A stretch of 63,634 nucleotides of DNA, filler included, from an uncultured Methanosarcinales archaeon (GTDB lineage Archaea > Nanobdellota > Nanobdellia > Woesearchaeales > JAGLXL01), in the NCBI GenBank assembly GCA_964472345.1. It is 4 parts of 4 records of this genome, joined end to end, with 100 filler letters (N's around TTAATTAATTAA, not from the genome) between each part and the next. Parts side by side here need not be neighbours in the genome. Positions count along the whole stretch, not along the records: positions 32,746 to 48,783 come from CAYYLB010000025.1; positions 48,884 to 63,634 come from CAYYLB010000028.1; 2 more parts are not named here. One strand, written 5' to 3'. The notes under the pieces were generated by a model. It had not been told where the DNA came from and did no database searches. It saw nothing but the letters and a program-made list of their open reading frames with translations. This document shows positions 48,026-57,386 of this stretch, piece by piece. Numbering within the stretch: position 1 is the stretch's first letter; the number at the start of each line of letters is the position of its first letter. A program made the translations under genes and the position numbers.

Positions 48026-48297
48026 CGGGCAGGCGTACCATCGGTGGCTGAGGCACCTGTCACTCGCTGACCCCGGCGTATCCTCAGTTCTGCGACCCCA
48101 TAAACATCGCGAGCCATGCTGAAGGCTGCTCCCGTCAAGGCCTGACCTGATTCGCATGATCGTGATCCCATGGGACAGAACGTCGACGGACGACACCGGG
48201 ACGAGCTCCATGCACCACAACGCCCTCAAGCTTCGGCCGCGCGTGAAGCCCGTTTGCGCTCACAGGAGAGGGCTAACCTCCCGGCCTAGCCTGCCCG
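48026..48297 (-). ncRNA. ffs: archaeal SRP (7S) RNA
   Basis: Terminal helix cgggcaggc/gcctgcccg; Alu-like 5' GGCTAGGCCGGGAGGTTAG..TGTGAGCGC; helix 8 GTCAGG-CCT-TGAC-GGG-AGCAGC; TTTAAA box about 25 nt upstream. Confidence 0.88.
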
Positions 48298-48340
48298 TGA
48301 GGCACAGGCTCCCGCTGGTTTAAAAACATTTTGCCTGAAG

Positions 48341-48472
48341 GGCTCTGTAGAAAAGTGGCCGTAGACGTCAGCTGGAGCAGCACCGGAGCCGCATGGCGGA
48401 GGCCTGCTCGACGGCTGACGCGCCGGGGATGCCCCATCCGGGGTGGCGCGTAGGCCACTTTTCTACGAAGCC
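48341..48472. mobile_element. MITE-like element (132 bp)
   Basis: TIR ggctctgtagaaaagtggcc / ggccacttttctacgaagcc (18/20); perfect 8-bp duplication gcctgaag. Confidence 0.85.
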
Positions 48473-48516
48473 GCCTGAAGCCAGCATCGTTTCCCAGGCC
48501 GCGGGAATGATGCATT

Positions 48517-48783
48517 TTATCCCCGGGTTGCGGAGATAGTTATCCCCCGTTTCCTCAATTCGGCAAAAAAACGCCCGGGGTCGACGCATCTCTCCGGCGG
48601 CAGTACGCCGCGCTGGGTTATCCCGCCGTTCATGAGCATCTGCGCGATAATTGACGGCGGGACAGCGGTATCATAGGTTCCGGCAGGGATGTTATATCGC
48701 TTATTGCTGGCTGCCCTGCAGAAGAGCACGATGCGCCTGGCTTTTCCGCGCGCTGCCCCTTGTATCTCGACGCGGAGGTATTC
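48517..48783 (-). CDS. saccharopine dehydrogenase-like protein, C-terminal fragment
   Basis: TAVPPSIIAQML..GGITQRGVLPPERCVDPGRFFAELRKRGI. Confidence 0.75.
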   Translation of the reverse strand, partial: EYLRVEIQGAARGKARRIVLFCRAASNKRYNIPAGTYDTAVPPSIIAQMLMNGGITQRGVLPPERCVDPGRFFAELRKRGITISATRG

Positions 48784-48883
48784 NNNNNNNNNNNNNNNNN
48801 NNNNNNNNNNNNNNNNNNNNNNNNNNNTTAATTAATTAANNNNNNNNNNNNNNNNNNNNNNNNNNNNNNNNNNNNNNNNNNNN
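48784..48883. other. assembly linker (contig join)
   Basis: N-run, TTAATTAATTAA, N-run. Confidence 0.97.
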
Positions 48884-49375
48884 GCGGAGACCGGCATCGG
48901 CAAAGGAAGTGTGGTGCTTGACGCAGGCGGCGGCTCCGGCGCGCTCGCATTCTTCCTCGCCCACCTCTGCAGGAAAGTGACAACCTATGAGCTGCGCAGC
49001 GACTTTGCCAAACTGCTGGAGTCAAACAAGCGTTTCCTCGGCATGAAAAATATCACCATCAGGAACAAGGACGTTTCCCAGGGCATTGACGAGAAGAACC
49101 TCGATCTGATTACCCTCGACCTGCCAGAGCCATGGAACGTGCTTGCGCACGCGGCCATGGCGCTCAAGCCCGGCGGCTTCCTCGTCACCTACAACCCCTC
49201 CATAACCCAGGCAGCGCAGCTCGTCGAGGCCGTGAAGCAGTCACCCGGCATGCAGTACCTCAAGACCAAGGAGGTGCTCGAGCGCAAATGGGAGATTGAC
49301 GGCAGGAAGGTGCGCCCCTACAACCGCATGCTCGCGCACACCGGCTTTTTGGTGTTTTGCAGGAAAACCGGCTGA
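48884..49375 (+). CDS. trmI: tRNA m1A57/58 methyltransferase TrmI (5' truncated)
   Basis: VLDAGGGSGAL, TYELR, LDLPEPW, RP..RMLAHTGFL. Confidence 0.92.
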   Translation, partial: AETGIGKGSVVLDAGGGSGALAFFLAHLCRKVTTYELRSDFAKLLESNKRFLGMKNITIRNKDVSQGIDEKNLDLITLDLPEPWNVLAHAAMALKPGGFLVTYNPSITQAAQLVEAVKQSPGMQYLKTKEVLERKWEIDGRKVRPYNRMLAHTGFLVFCRKTG

Positions 49376-49404
49376 TCGGCGCAGCACACAGCGCGCAGCC
49401 CATC

Positions 49405-50877
49405 TCAGCGCACCTCATACACCTGCTGCTTTTTCAGCAGCTCCCGCGCAAACGCAAGCTTCGCTTCATTCTCCGCGAACAGCGTGAACAGCGTCTCCCC
49501 CTTCCGGACCCGGTCACCAGCACTTTTGTCGAGGAAAAATCCGGCGCCCTTGTCGAGCGGCGCCCCTGCTGCACGCGCAAGTTTGTTGATTATGGTGTTG
49601 TTGATTGCCCGCACCCTGCCGCCCCGCGTGCTCCGCACCTCATGATGATATTCACCGACGGAAAAGCGCTTCTCCTGCTCGCCCTGCGCCCGGATGATCT
49701 GCTGCATCTTCCTCCAGGCTGCGCCGCTCTCAAGCAGCTCGCGCGCCGTGCGATGCCCTTGGTTGATTCCTCCCATTCCAAGGAGCATGCCGGCCATGCG
49801 CAGCGCCTTCTCGCGCAGATCGGGGGGAGCTTGCTCATCATTCTGCAGCACCCACAGCACGTCGCGCGCCTCGAGCACCGGCCCGATCCCGCGGCCGATG
49901 GGCCCGCTGCCGTCCGTGACGATGACTCGGCTCCGGATGCCCAGTTTCCTCGCAAGCAGGTGGAACTGCCGCGTGAGATGCGCAGCATGCTTCACAGTCT
50001 TGCACTTGCTCTGCGGGCCGCAGGGGATGTCAATCAGCACGTCCGTCGCGCCGACGCTCGCCTTCTTGGCCATGACGCTCGCAAGCATCTGCCCTTCCAC
50101 GTCGAGCGAGAGCGGATGCTCGACGGCGATGATCTTGTCGTCTGCCGGCGCAAGCTTGAGCGCCCCGCCCCATGCGATGCACGCGTTCGTCTTTTTCACC
50201 ACGCGCTTCAGCTGCGGTATGCTGAGCTGCACATTCGCCAGCACTTCCATCGTGTCTGCAGTTCCCGCCGGGCTGGTGATGGCGCGCGAGCTCGTCTTGG
50301 GCATGAGCAGTCCGGCAGCGGCAACGATGGGCACGATCAGCATTGTCGTCCGGTTGCCCGGCACGCCGCCGATGCTGTGCTTGTCGAACACTTTCCCGCG
50401 GAAGGAAAGCCGCTGTCCGGTGCCGACGATCGCCCGTGTCAGGTGCACGATTTCATCCATTCGCAGCCCCACAGCGTACGTCGCAGAAACAAAATAGGTT
50501 TTCTCGACCGCAGTCAGCCGGTCATGCACGATATCATCGACGATGCGGTACAGCTCACCGCGGCTGAGCCGCTTCCCGTGCAGCTTGTCGCGAATCGAGC
50601 TCACGGATTCCGGCTTTGCCGCAAGCTCGATGCCGACATGCTCGCCACCGCGGACGCCGAGCGCAGCGAGCACCTCTTCAAAAAGGCCGACGGAGCCCCG
50701 CGGCACTGCCCGCGTGCTCTCCGAAATGTCAAGCACCGCCACAACGCTCCTGCGCGCCCAGCTCACCTTGATGCGGTCCTCCGGATGCAGATCAAGCTGC
50801 GCAGCATCGTCCTGATGCATGATGGCCACAAAGATGCCGCCGGTGGCGATGTCCATGTCCTTGACGGTTAGTCTCAT
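49405..50877 (-). CDS. deoA: AMP phosphorylase
   Basis: N-terminal double-psi-barrel-like extension, DKHSIGGVPGNRTT, PKTSSRAITSPAGTAD, LAPADD. Confidence 0.95.
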   Translation of the reverse strand: MRLTVKDMDIATGGIFVAIMHQDDAAQLDLHPEDRIKVSWARRSVVAVLDISESTRAVPRGSVGLFEEVLAALGVRGGEHVGIELAAKPESVSSIRDKLHGKRLSRGELYRIVDDIVHDRLTAVEKTYFVSATYAVGLRMDEIVHLTRAIVGTGQRLSFRGKVFDKHSIGGVPGNRTTMLIVPIVAAAGLLMPKTSSRAITSPAGTADTMEVLANVQLSIPQLKRVVKKTNACIAWGGALKLAPADDKIIAVEHPLSLDVEGQMLASVMAKKASVGATDVLIDIPCGPQSKCKTVKHAAHLTRQFHLLARKLGIRSRVIVTDGSGPIGRGIGPVLEARDVLWVLQNDEQAPPDLREKALRMAGMLLGMGGINQGHRTARELLESGAAWRKMQQIIRAQGEQEKRFSVGEYHHEVRSTRGGRVRAINNTIINKLARAAGAPLDKGAGFFLDKSAGDRVRKGETLFTLFAENEAKLAFARELLKKQQVYEVR

Positions 50878-50951
50878 AGTGAATCACCGGTAACCGTCAA
50901 GGGCTTGAAAACAGGGAAGTTTTCATTGTCCTTGACTCTGAGTTTCATTTT

Positions 50952-51653
50952 TTAGGTGGATTCCGAAAGCGCCGCAGCGTACGCTCGCCTCCCGATTGAA
51001 CGGCGGAGCTGGCCATTGACGGATGAATTCATAAGCGAATGATAACAGTCGACAGCTGCCCCGATATCAGGCCGTGCAAGGATGCCGGAAACCATGGCAA
51101 TGTAATCAGCTCCCGCAGCGACGACATCGCGGATGTTCTGCTCGTTGATGCCGCCGATAGCTACGACGGGAACATTGACTGCTCTCCTGATTTCTGCGAC
51201 GAGTCCAACCCCGACAGGCTTGCCTGCATCGCGCTTTGTTGAGGTCTTGAAGATAGGACCGACACTGACATAGTCCGCTTCCGCCTCTTGCGCAGCAATT
51301 GCCTCATCAACCGACGAGACGGAGACGCCGATGATCGTGCCTGCGCTGAGCAATGGACGCGCTTCAGCGCAACCCTTATCCTCCTGGCCGAGGTGGACTC
51401 CATCTGCATTGAGTTTCCGTGCAAGCATAATATCATCATTCACGATAAACAACGCATCATCATATTTCCTGCAGAGCATCTGTACAGCTTGCGCCATCGA
51501 TTCGTAGTATTCATATTTCCGATCCTTCTCCGGCTTCTCCCGGTACTGCACAATCCGTACGCCTGCGTCGAGCGCCTGCTTGACGAGCTTGAGGAGGCTC
51601 TTCCCTCCCACCGCAAACCGGTCCGTCACCAGATAGAGCCTGCTTTCCATCAT
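50952..51653 (-). CDS. thiE: thiamine-phosphate synthase
   Basis: LYLVTD, VQYREK, IVNDD, GVHLGQED, GPIFKTSTK, VAIGGI. Confidence 0.93.
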   Translation of the reverse strand: MMESRLYLVTDRFAVGGKSLLKLVKQALDAGVRIVQYREKPEKDRKYEYYESMAQAVQMLCRKYDDALFIVNDDIMLARKLNADGVHLGQEDKGCAEARPLLSAGTIIGVSVSSVDEAIAAQEAEADYVSVGPIFKTSTKRDAGKPVGVGLVAEIRRAVNVPVVAIGGINEQNIRDVVAAGADYIAMVSGILARPDIGAAVDCYHSLMNSSVNGQLRRSIGRRAYAAALSEST

Positions 51654-52844
51654 CTAGTTCACCACATCCCGTTCGACGAGCGCATGCGGCGCGATGCAGG
51701 CGTTGGGCCAGATCCTGACGCCGGGCATGATGCTCACGTTGATGCCGGTCTGCACCCCGTCGCCGATGATTGCTCCCAGCTTCTTCTGGCCGCTGCTGGC
51801 GCGCTCCTTGTTGATGTTCATCTTGATGTCGCCGTGGTCGAAGCGCAGGTTTGCCGTGATCGTGCCCGCGCCAAGGTTCACGCCGCCGCCGATCACTGAA
51901 TCACCGACATAACTGAGATGAGGAACGGAGCTGTTATCGAATATCACGCTGTTCTTGATTTCGACTGCATTGCCGATCCTGCACCCGTCCCCGATGCTCA
52001 CCGGCCCGCGGAGGTACGCGTTCGGTCCGATGATGCAGCCCTTTCCGATGAGCACGTTGCCTTCGATGCGCGTCCCGCCCTTGACGACGCTTCCCGCACC
52101 GAGCTGCAGCGTTCCGGTGACTGCGGCATTGCGCTCAACCGTTCCCTTCACCTGTGGGGTGATGCGTCGGAGGAGGAACGCATTCGCCTCGAGGATGTGC
52201 CACGGGTAGCCGACGGGAATCCAGGAGCCCCGCACGGCCTCGCACCGGATCTGTTTCCCCCGCTTGAGCAATGCCTGGAGATGATCAGTCGCCTCATACT
52301 CGCCGCGCGGGCTTTTTTTCAGCTTCTCCTGGAAGATGCTTGCATCAAGGAGGTAAAGGCCGGTGCTTGCCAGCCGTGACGCTGCTTTTTTCGGCTTTTC
52401 CGTGAATCCGGTGAGCAGGCCCTTCCGAACCTCGAGGATGCCCCACTTTTCCGGATCCGGCACTTCCTGTGCCATGACGCAGAGCGGAAACCTCAGGCAG
52501 CGCTCGATGTCCTCGCGCGCATACAGATCGTCCCCGTTGAGCACCAGAAAACGCTCACGGAGCAGCGGCTTGCACCGCATCAATGCATCACCAGAGCCTT
52601 TTTGCTCCGGCTGCTCGACATAGGTCAGTTTGATCTTCCCGAAGTTCATGCCCAGCAGCTTCCTGACCATCTCGCCGCGGTAGCCAATAACAATAATCAC
52701 CTGGTCAGCGATGCCTTGCAGCTGCCGAAGGTTGTGCTCGAGCAGCGTAGTGTTCGCAACCCTGAGCAGCACCTTCGGCCGCGTCAGTGTCAGCGGCTCA
52801 CAGCGCGTTCCTTTCCCTGCGGCAAGAATGACGGCCTGCATCAT
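51654..52844 (-). CDS. glmU: bifunctional sugar-1-phosphate nucleotidyltransferase/acetyltransferase (archaeal GlmU)
   Basis: ILAAGKGTR, SPRGEYE, hexapeptide repeats, HLSYVGDS, TANLRFD. Confidence 0.9.
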   Translation of the reverse strand: MMQAVILAAGKGTRCEPLTLTRPKVLLRVANTTLLEHNLRQLQGIADQVIIVIGYRGEMVRKLLGMNFGKIKLTYVEQPEQKGSGDALMRCKPLLRERFLVLNGDDLYAREDIERCLRFPLCVMAQEVPDPEKWGILEVRKGLLTGFTEKPKKAASRLASTGLYLLDASIFQEKLKKSPRGEYEATDHLQALLKRGKQIRCEAVRGSWIPVGYPWHILEANAFLLRRITPQVKGTVERNAAVTGTLQLGAGSVVKGGTRIEGNVLIGKGCIIGPNAYLRGPVSIGDGCRIGNAVEIKNSVIFDNSSVPHLSYVGDSVIGGGVNLGAGTITANLRFDHGDIKMNINKERASSGQKKLGAIIGDGVQTGINVSIMPGVRIWPNACIAPHALVERDVVN

Positions 52845-53326
52845 GCGCGGATAATCTCCAGCACCTCACGGAGCGTTTTGATGGTGTAATCCGGAACCTC
52901 AAACGCGTCTTTCGGTTTTAAATCTTTGTACTTGCCGTGCAGCAGCCGTATGGTGGTGAAGCCGAGCATCTTGCCGGCGCGGATTTCAGAGTCGAGCCGG
53001 TCGCCGATGACCACAATGTCTTTTGGATCGGTGATGTGATAGTTGTCCATCAGCCGCTTGAACAGTGCCTGCTTCTCCTCAGGGCTCGCACAGACGCAGA
53101 TCTCCTCAAAATAGGGGCGGATGCCGAGGACGTCAACCTTTTGTTGCTGGATGCCCGGCTCGCCTTTGCTGATGAGCACCTTCGGAACCTTGATGGCGTT
53201 GAGTACCTGCAGCGCATCAGGAAACAGCGTGATGTTCGGCAGGTTCCGGTATGTTTCGTCCAGCTGCCCCCAGCGGTCGTACAGGGTGTCGTCAAGGTCG
53301 AAGATGACGAGCCGGACAGTGGTCAT
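52841..53326 (-). CDS. HAD-superfamily hydrolase
   Basis: IFDLDDTLYD, VIGDRLDSEI..G..LG. Confidence 0.88.
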   Translation of the reverse strand: MTTVRLVIFDLDDTLYDRWGQLDETYRNLPNITLFPDALQVLNAIKVPKVLISKGEPGIQQQKVDVLGIRPYFEEICVCASPEEKQALFKRLMDNYHITDPKDIVVIGDRLDSEIRAGKMLGFTTIRLLHGKYKDLKPKDAFEVPDYTIKTLREVLEIIRA

Positions 53327-54267
53327 AGTCCCACCAGAATCTCCGCCAGCTTCTCTGAATCGTGCCGGATCAGCTCAGGCTCCCGCACCAGCTCCTCTGC
53401 GATGATGCGCTTCGCGAGCTTTTCCGCAGCGGCATCGGGCTGCACCGGATACGCATTCTCCTGTGCATACTTCCGCAGCAATGCCGCGTCCGCCTGCTTC
53501 CCGTTGCAGATGATTGTGTCAAGCATCAGCAGGCCGCTGTACCGCAGGATTTCCCTGGCATGATCAGAAACCGCAAAGCCGTTCGTCTCGCCCCATTTTG
53601 TCATCAGGTTGCAGACATACACCTTTTTTGCATGGCTCTTCTGGATGGCTTCCGGCACGCCCTTGACAAGCAGGTTGGGGATGATTGAGGTGTACAGGTC
53701 TCCCGGACCAATGACCAGAATGTCAGCCTGCTCGATGGCACGCCTCGTCGCTTCATAGACTGCAGCTTCCGGCTCGAGAAAGACACGCGTGATGCGCAGG
53801 CTGCCATCGTGCTTCGGCACGTCGATGTTCGTCTCGCCGCGGACGATCTGGCCATCTTCAAGCTCCGCGCAGAGGTGCGCATGGTCAACCGAGACGGGGA
53901 GCACCTTGCCTTTGATCTTCAGCACCTTGGACGCCTGCCGGATCGCCTCCACCTCGCTGCCGGTGATGCGCGTCAGCGCTGTCAGGAACAGGTTGCCGAA
54001 GCTGTGCCCCTTCAGCGAGCATTCCGCATCAAAGCGGTAGCTGAACAGCTCGCGCAGCACATTCCTTCCGTTCTCCTCCGCGAGCGCGACAAGGCACCGC
54101 CGGACATCACCAGGTGGAAGGATGCCGAACTCATCGCGCAGCATGCCCGTTGAGCCGCCGGAATCGAACATGCTGACGACCGCGGTGATGGCGACGTCAT
54201 GCTTCTTCAGGCCGCGCAGCACCGTGTAGCTGCCCGTCCCGCCGCCGATGACGACGAATTTTTTCAT
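53323..54267 (-). CDS. yvcK: YvcK/GlmR (CofD-like) family protein
   Basis: [50 protein letters not shown]. Confidence 0.92.
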   Translation of the reverse strand: MKKFVVIGGGTGSYTVLRGLKKHDVAITAVVSMFDSGGSTGMLRDEFGILPPGDVRRCLVALAEENGRNVLRELFSYRFDAECSLKGHSFGNLFLTALTRITGSEVEAIRQASKVLKIKGKVLPVSVDHAHLCAELEDGQIVRGETNIDVPKHDGSLRITRVFLEPEAAVYEATRRAIEQADILVIGPGDLYTSIIPNLLVKGVPEAIQKSHAKKVYVCNLMTKWGETNGFAVSDHAREILRYSGLLMLDTIICNGKQADAALLRKYAQENAYPVQPDAAAEKLAKRIIAEELVREPELIRHDSEKLAEILVGL

Positions 54268-55322
54268 GATAGTTTCCTCACGATGCCTTTATTGGCGTCA
54301 ACTTCAACAATATCGCCATCCTTCAGCACTTTCGTCGCTATCTTCGTCCCAATCACGCACGGCTTGCCGAGCTCGCGTGCAACGATGGCTGCGTGGCAGA
54401 GGATACCTCCCGCGTCAGTCACAATAGCGGCAGCTTTTTCCATGAGGGGAACAAACTCAGGACGCGTCATGCCGGAAACAAGGATATCACCTTTGATAAA
54501 CGTCTCTGCGTGCTCAGGATCAGAGATTACTCGGGCAATCCCCCGTGCTTTTCCCGGGTAAGCTGTCTGACCTTTCAGCTCGTTGCTTTCTAACGGGCGA
54601 GCGACTGCCTCCTCGATAGGGAGCACATCTTTACCTATAAAAAGGCTGTAATCCCCATCTTTGAAAACAAAGGCAGCGTCGTTGTACCTTTGTTCCAATA
54701 AGCTCTTGTTGGGTAAACGCCCATCTGCGAGGTAATCAATCATCTCTTCTTTGGTCATGCACAAAACATTCTCGCTTGTAGAGGCCGTTTTCTTGCCAAT
54801 GGCTCGAGCAAGTCCAGCCATAAAATCTTCTGTTCTTTTAAAGACCGATTCTGCGTACACGCGAGCTTCTTGGAGCGCCCCCAGATGCTTCTCAAGGAGC
54901 TCTTTATCAAGGTAGTCGACAACATATTTGCAGGTGATGTGGGGTATGTAGTAGTCGTCAACGTGCTGCCAGAATTTTGTATAAATATCAAGACTGATAT
55001 CCGCAGTTTCATATCTTTTTATAAACGCAAGAATCTTGTCGGCTTCTTTCTTAAAAGATTTACACAAATCTCTTATTTTTTCGTCAGGGCTTTTGCGTAC
55101 AACCGATGCGATATGCCTTCCAAATGCCTCTTTCTCCTTCAATGGGAGAAATGCAGAGCTTTTCGCTTCGTGGACGATGAAGACTGCATGCTTCACAAAT
55201 CGGGCCCCTTCTACCCTAAGCGTTTTTGTATATTGCTCGCCGAAATGAGAACAGGTGAGAAAACTCCAATTTCCGGCCCAGATGGTTACCCATTCTGCCG
55301 ATTCAAGTTCGTTGATGTTCAT
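54264..55322 (-). CDS. PEP-utilising mobile (phospho-His swivel) domain protein with unknown N-terminus
   Basis: [36 protein letters not shown]. Confidence 0.85.
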   Translation of the reverse strand: MNINELESAEWVTIWAGNWSFLTCSHFGEQYTKTLRVEGARFVKHAVFIVHEAKSSAFLPLKEKEAFGRHIASVVRKSPDEKIRDLCKSFKKEADKILAFIKRYETADISLDIYTKFWQHVDDYYIPHITCKYVVDYLDKELLEKHLGALQEARVYAESVFKRTEDFMAGLARAIGKKTASTSENVLCMTKEEMIDYLADGRLPNKSLLEQRYNDAAFVFKDGDYSLFIGKDVLPIEEAVARPLESNELKGQTAYPGKARGIARVISDPEHAETFIKGDILVSGMTRPEFVPLMEKAAAIVTDAGGILCHAAIVARELGKPCVIGTKIATKVLKDGDIVEVDANKGIVRKLS

Positions 55323-55335
55323 CTCACCGTAACCC

Positions 55336-56772
55336 TCAGTTCAATTTCCTCACGATGCCTTTGTGGGCATCAACCTCAACTACTTCACCAGTTTTTAGTA
55401 TCTTGGTGCAATTTCCTGTGCCATTGATAGCTGGAATTTTCATTTCTCTGCTTATCACTGCAGCATGGCTTAAAATACCTCCTTCTTCAGTGATTATTGC
55501 TTTAATATTGGTTAAATAAGGAACAATATCGGGGGATGTTGCATGAATTACGAGAATTTCTCCATTTTTGATGTTTTTATAGTCTTCTTTGTTATGAATA
55601 ACTATGACTGTTCCTGTTACTTTTCCAAGATAGGCAGGAGTTCCTTTAATATCATTTCCTTTGTGTTTATGTATGTTTATTTTCTTGAAAAAATCAATAG
55701 CTTCTTTTCCTTGTAAAACAATATCCTCGCTATCTTCCTGTGTAAGATAAACAAATGCATGTTTTCGTTGTTCTATCATTGTTTTACTTGCTTTTTGTTT
55801 TGTTGTTAAAAATCTTGTTATTTCATCAGGTAATAACCATACCACCTCTCTTTTATCCTGAAGCTCCAATCTTTTTGCGATTTCTTTGAACATGTTTTGT
55901 ACATAATAAGATGTTTGTTCAATATGTTCAACACGCCAGCTTCTGAAATAAATAGATTCATTTACAGTTCTTATTATGTCTTGATCCTGAGGAATAATTT
56001 TTTTTACGATTTGTTCTAAAACCTGTTTTCGTTTTTGTTCTTCCTCTTCTAATTTTTTTAGTTCTTGCTCTGGATTTTCTATTTGTTGTAATCGTTTTTG
56101 ATAATAATCTTCATCATAAAAATTCATGAACATGCCCTTCTCTTTTAAGAATGAAAAAGCTTTAACATGTTCTTTTATATCCTGGTCTATATTTTGATTC
56201 AGTTTTTGTTTAATAGCTATTTTTACCAATGATTTTCGTTCTTCTAATTGGACTCCTAATTTAACTGGCGTCATGATGTGGTTAAAATAATCATTCCAGG
56301 TATTTGCAAAATATTTTTTTAGAATGTTTTTTGTTTCTTCTTCCATCAACGGTTCAATGCATAATGGTACATAAATAAATGGACCATAATTTTCTACAAT
56401 GGTTTTAACATATTCTTGATATAATTTAGCGATCGCATTGTTGTCAAGCGTTGAATAATGTGTTTTTTCAATTTTTTTTAGATATTTTTGGTCTTTCTTG
56501 TATTGTTGGTATGCATTATTGAGATGCTTTAGGACAAAATCTGGTTGTTGTCGTAATTTTTCCCAAAGTTTTATTCTCAATAATCCAAGTTCTGATCTCT
56601 TTGTAAGAATATGATCAACTGCCGAACCATTAGTTTTAATATAATATTTGAAATCATTCAACGCTGTGTAATTCGGAGCTTTGTAATAGAAATACAAGAC
56701 TAATGGACTTCTCTTTCGTAAATGCCAGAAATGCCAGTCAGTAGATATTATTTTCTTTTTCATTTCAACCAC
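55336..56772 (-). CDS. PEP-utilising mobile domain protein (very AT-rich)
   Basis: [35 protein letters not shown]; start may be 56763. Confidence 0.85.
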   Translation of the reverse strand: MVEMKKKIISTDWHFWHLRKRSPLVLYFYYKAPNYTALNDFKYYIKTNGSAVDHILTKRSELGLLRIKLWEKLRQQPDFVLKHLNNAYQQYKKDQKYLKKIEKTHYSTLDNNAIAKLYQEYVKTIVENYGPFIYVPLCIEPLMEEETKNILKKYFANTWNDYFNHIMTPVKLGVQLEERKSLVKIAIKQKLNQNIDQDIKEHVKAFSFLKEKGMFMNFYDEDYYQKRLQQIENPEQELKKLEEEEQKRKQVLEQIVKKIIPQDQDIIRTVNESIYFRSWRVEHIEQTSYYVQNMFKEIAKRLELQDKREVVWLLPDEITRFLTTKQKASKTMIEQRKHAFVYLTQEDSEDIVLQGKEAIDFFKKINIHKHKGNDIKGTPAYLGKVTGTVIVIHNKEDYKNIKNGEILVIHATSPDIVPYLTNIKAIITEEGGILSHAAVISREMKIPAINGTGNCTKILKTGEVVEVDAHKGIVRKLN

Positions 56773-57386
56773 TCCATCTTGAATTCTTTTAGATTGCTGA
56801 TAACATGGTCAGCTTGGGAGAAGTCCTGGTTTTTGGAATAAATTGTAGGAACGACCACAACTTTCATGCCGGATTTTTTAGCTGCCAGCATGCCCAAGGC
56901 AGTGTCTTCAAAGACAAGGCAGTTTTGTGCTGGCAATTTAAGCTTTTTGGCTGTTAGGATATAGCCTTCTGGATCCGGCTTGCGCTTTTGGTATTCTTCA
57001 AACGTAACGATAGCATCAAACAAAAGAGTTAGGTGGAATTTTTCTAAGATAAATTCAGTGTCACGAATATTAGCGGCAGTGGTCAAGCCGATCTTTAGGC
57101 CGCGTTTTTTGAGATCAAGAATAAAATCCCGCATATAAGGAAAAACGAGCTTGATGGTGTTGAAGTAAAGCTCGTTGAAGTGCCGGCTGTCAATCTTTAT
57201 AGTTCTATTATATTTTTTTTCAAGCAAGGGGATGAAATCAGCAGGGTGACGGCCGAGAATAATCTCAAAATCTTCTTTAGCCATAGTTAATCCGGCTTCG
57301 GCCAGGCATTTTTTGTTGGCTTCCCATTGGATGCGGGGAGTGTCTACCACGATGCCGTCTTTGTCGAAAATAAGGGCATGGATCAT
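56760..57386 (-). CDS. HAD phosphatase (beta-PGM-like)
   Basis: IFDKDGIVVDT, KPDPEGY, CLVFEDTALG. Confidence 0.88.
   Translation of the reverse strand: MIHALIFDKDGIVVDTPRIQWEANKKCLAEAGLTMAKEDFEIILGRHPADFIPLLEKKYNRTIKIDSRHFNELYFNTIKLVFPYMRDFILDLKKRGLKIGLTTAANIRDTEFILEKFHLTLLFDAIVTFEEYQKRKPDPEGYILTAKKLKLPAQNCLVFEDTALGMLAAKKSGMKVVVVPTIYSKNQDFSQADHVISNLKEFKMEWLK

Noticed and set aside
16432..48883. Repeated TTAATTAATTAA within N-runs
   Set aside because: Artificial stop-codon linker joining contigs; adjacency across these joins is not biological.
49357..50871. 504-aa plus-strand ORF (and similar long antisense ORFs elsewhere)
   Set aside because: Shadow of AMP phosphorylase, expected with GC-rich codon usage.
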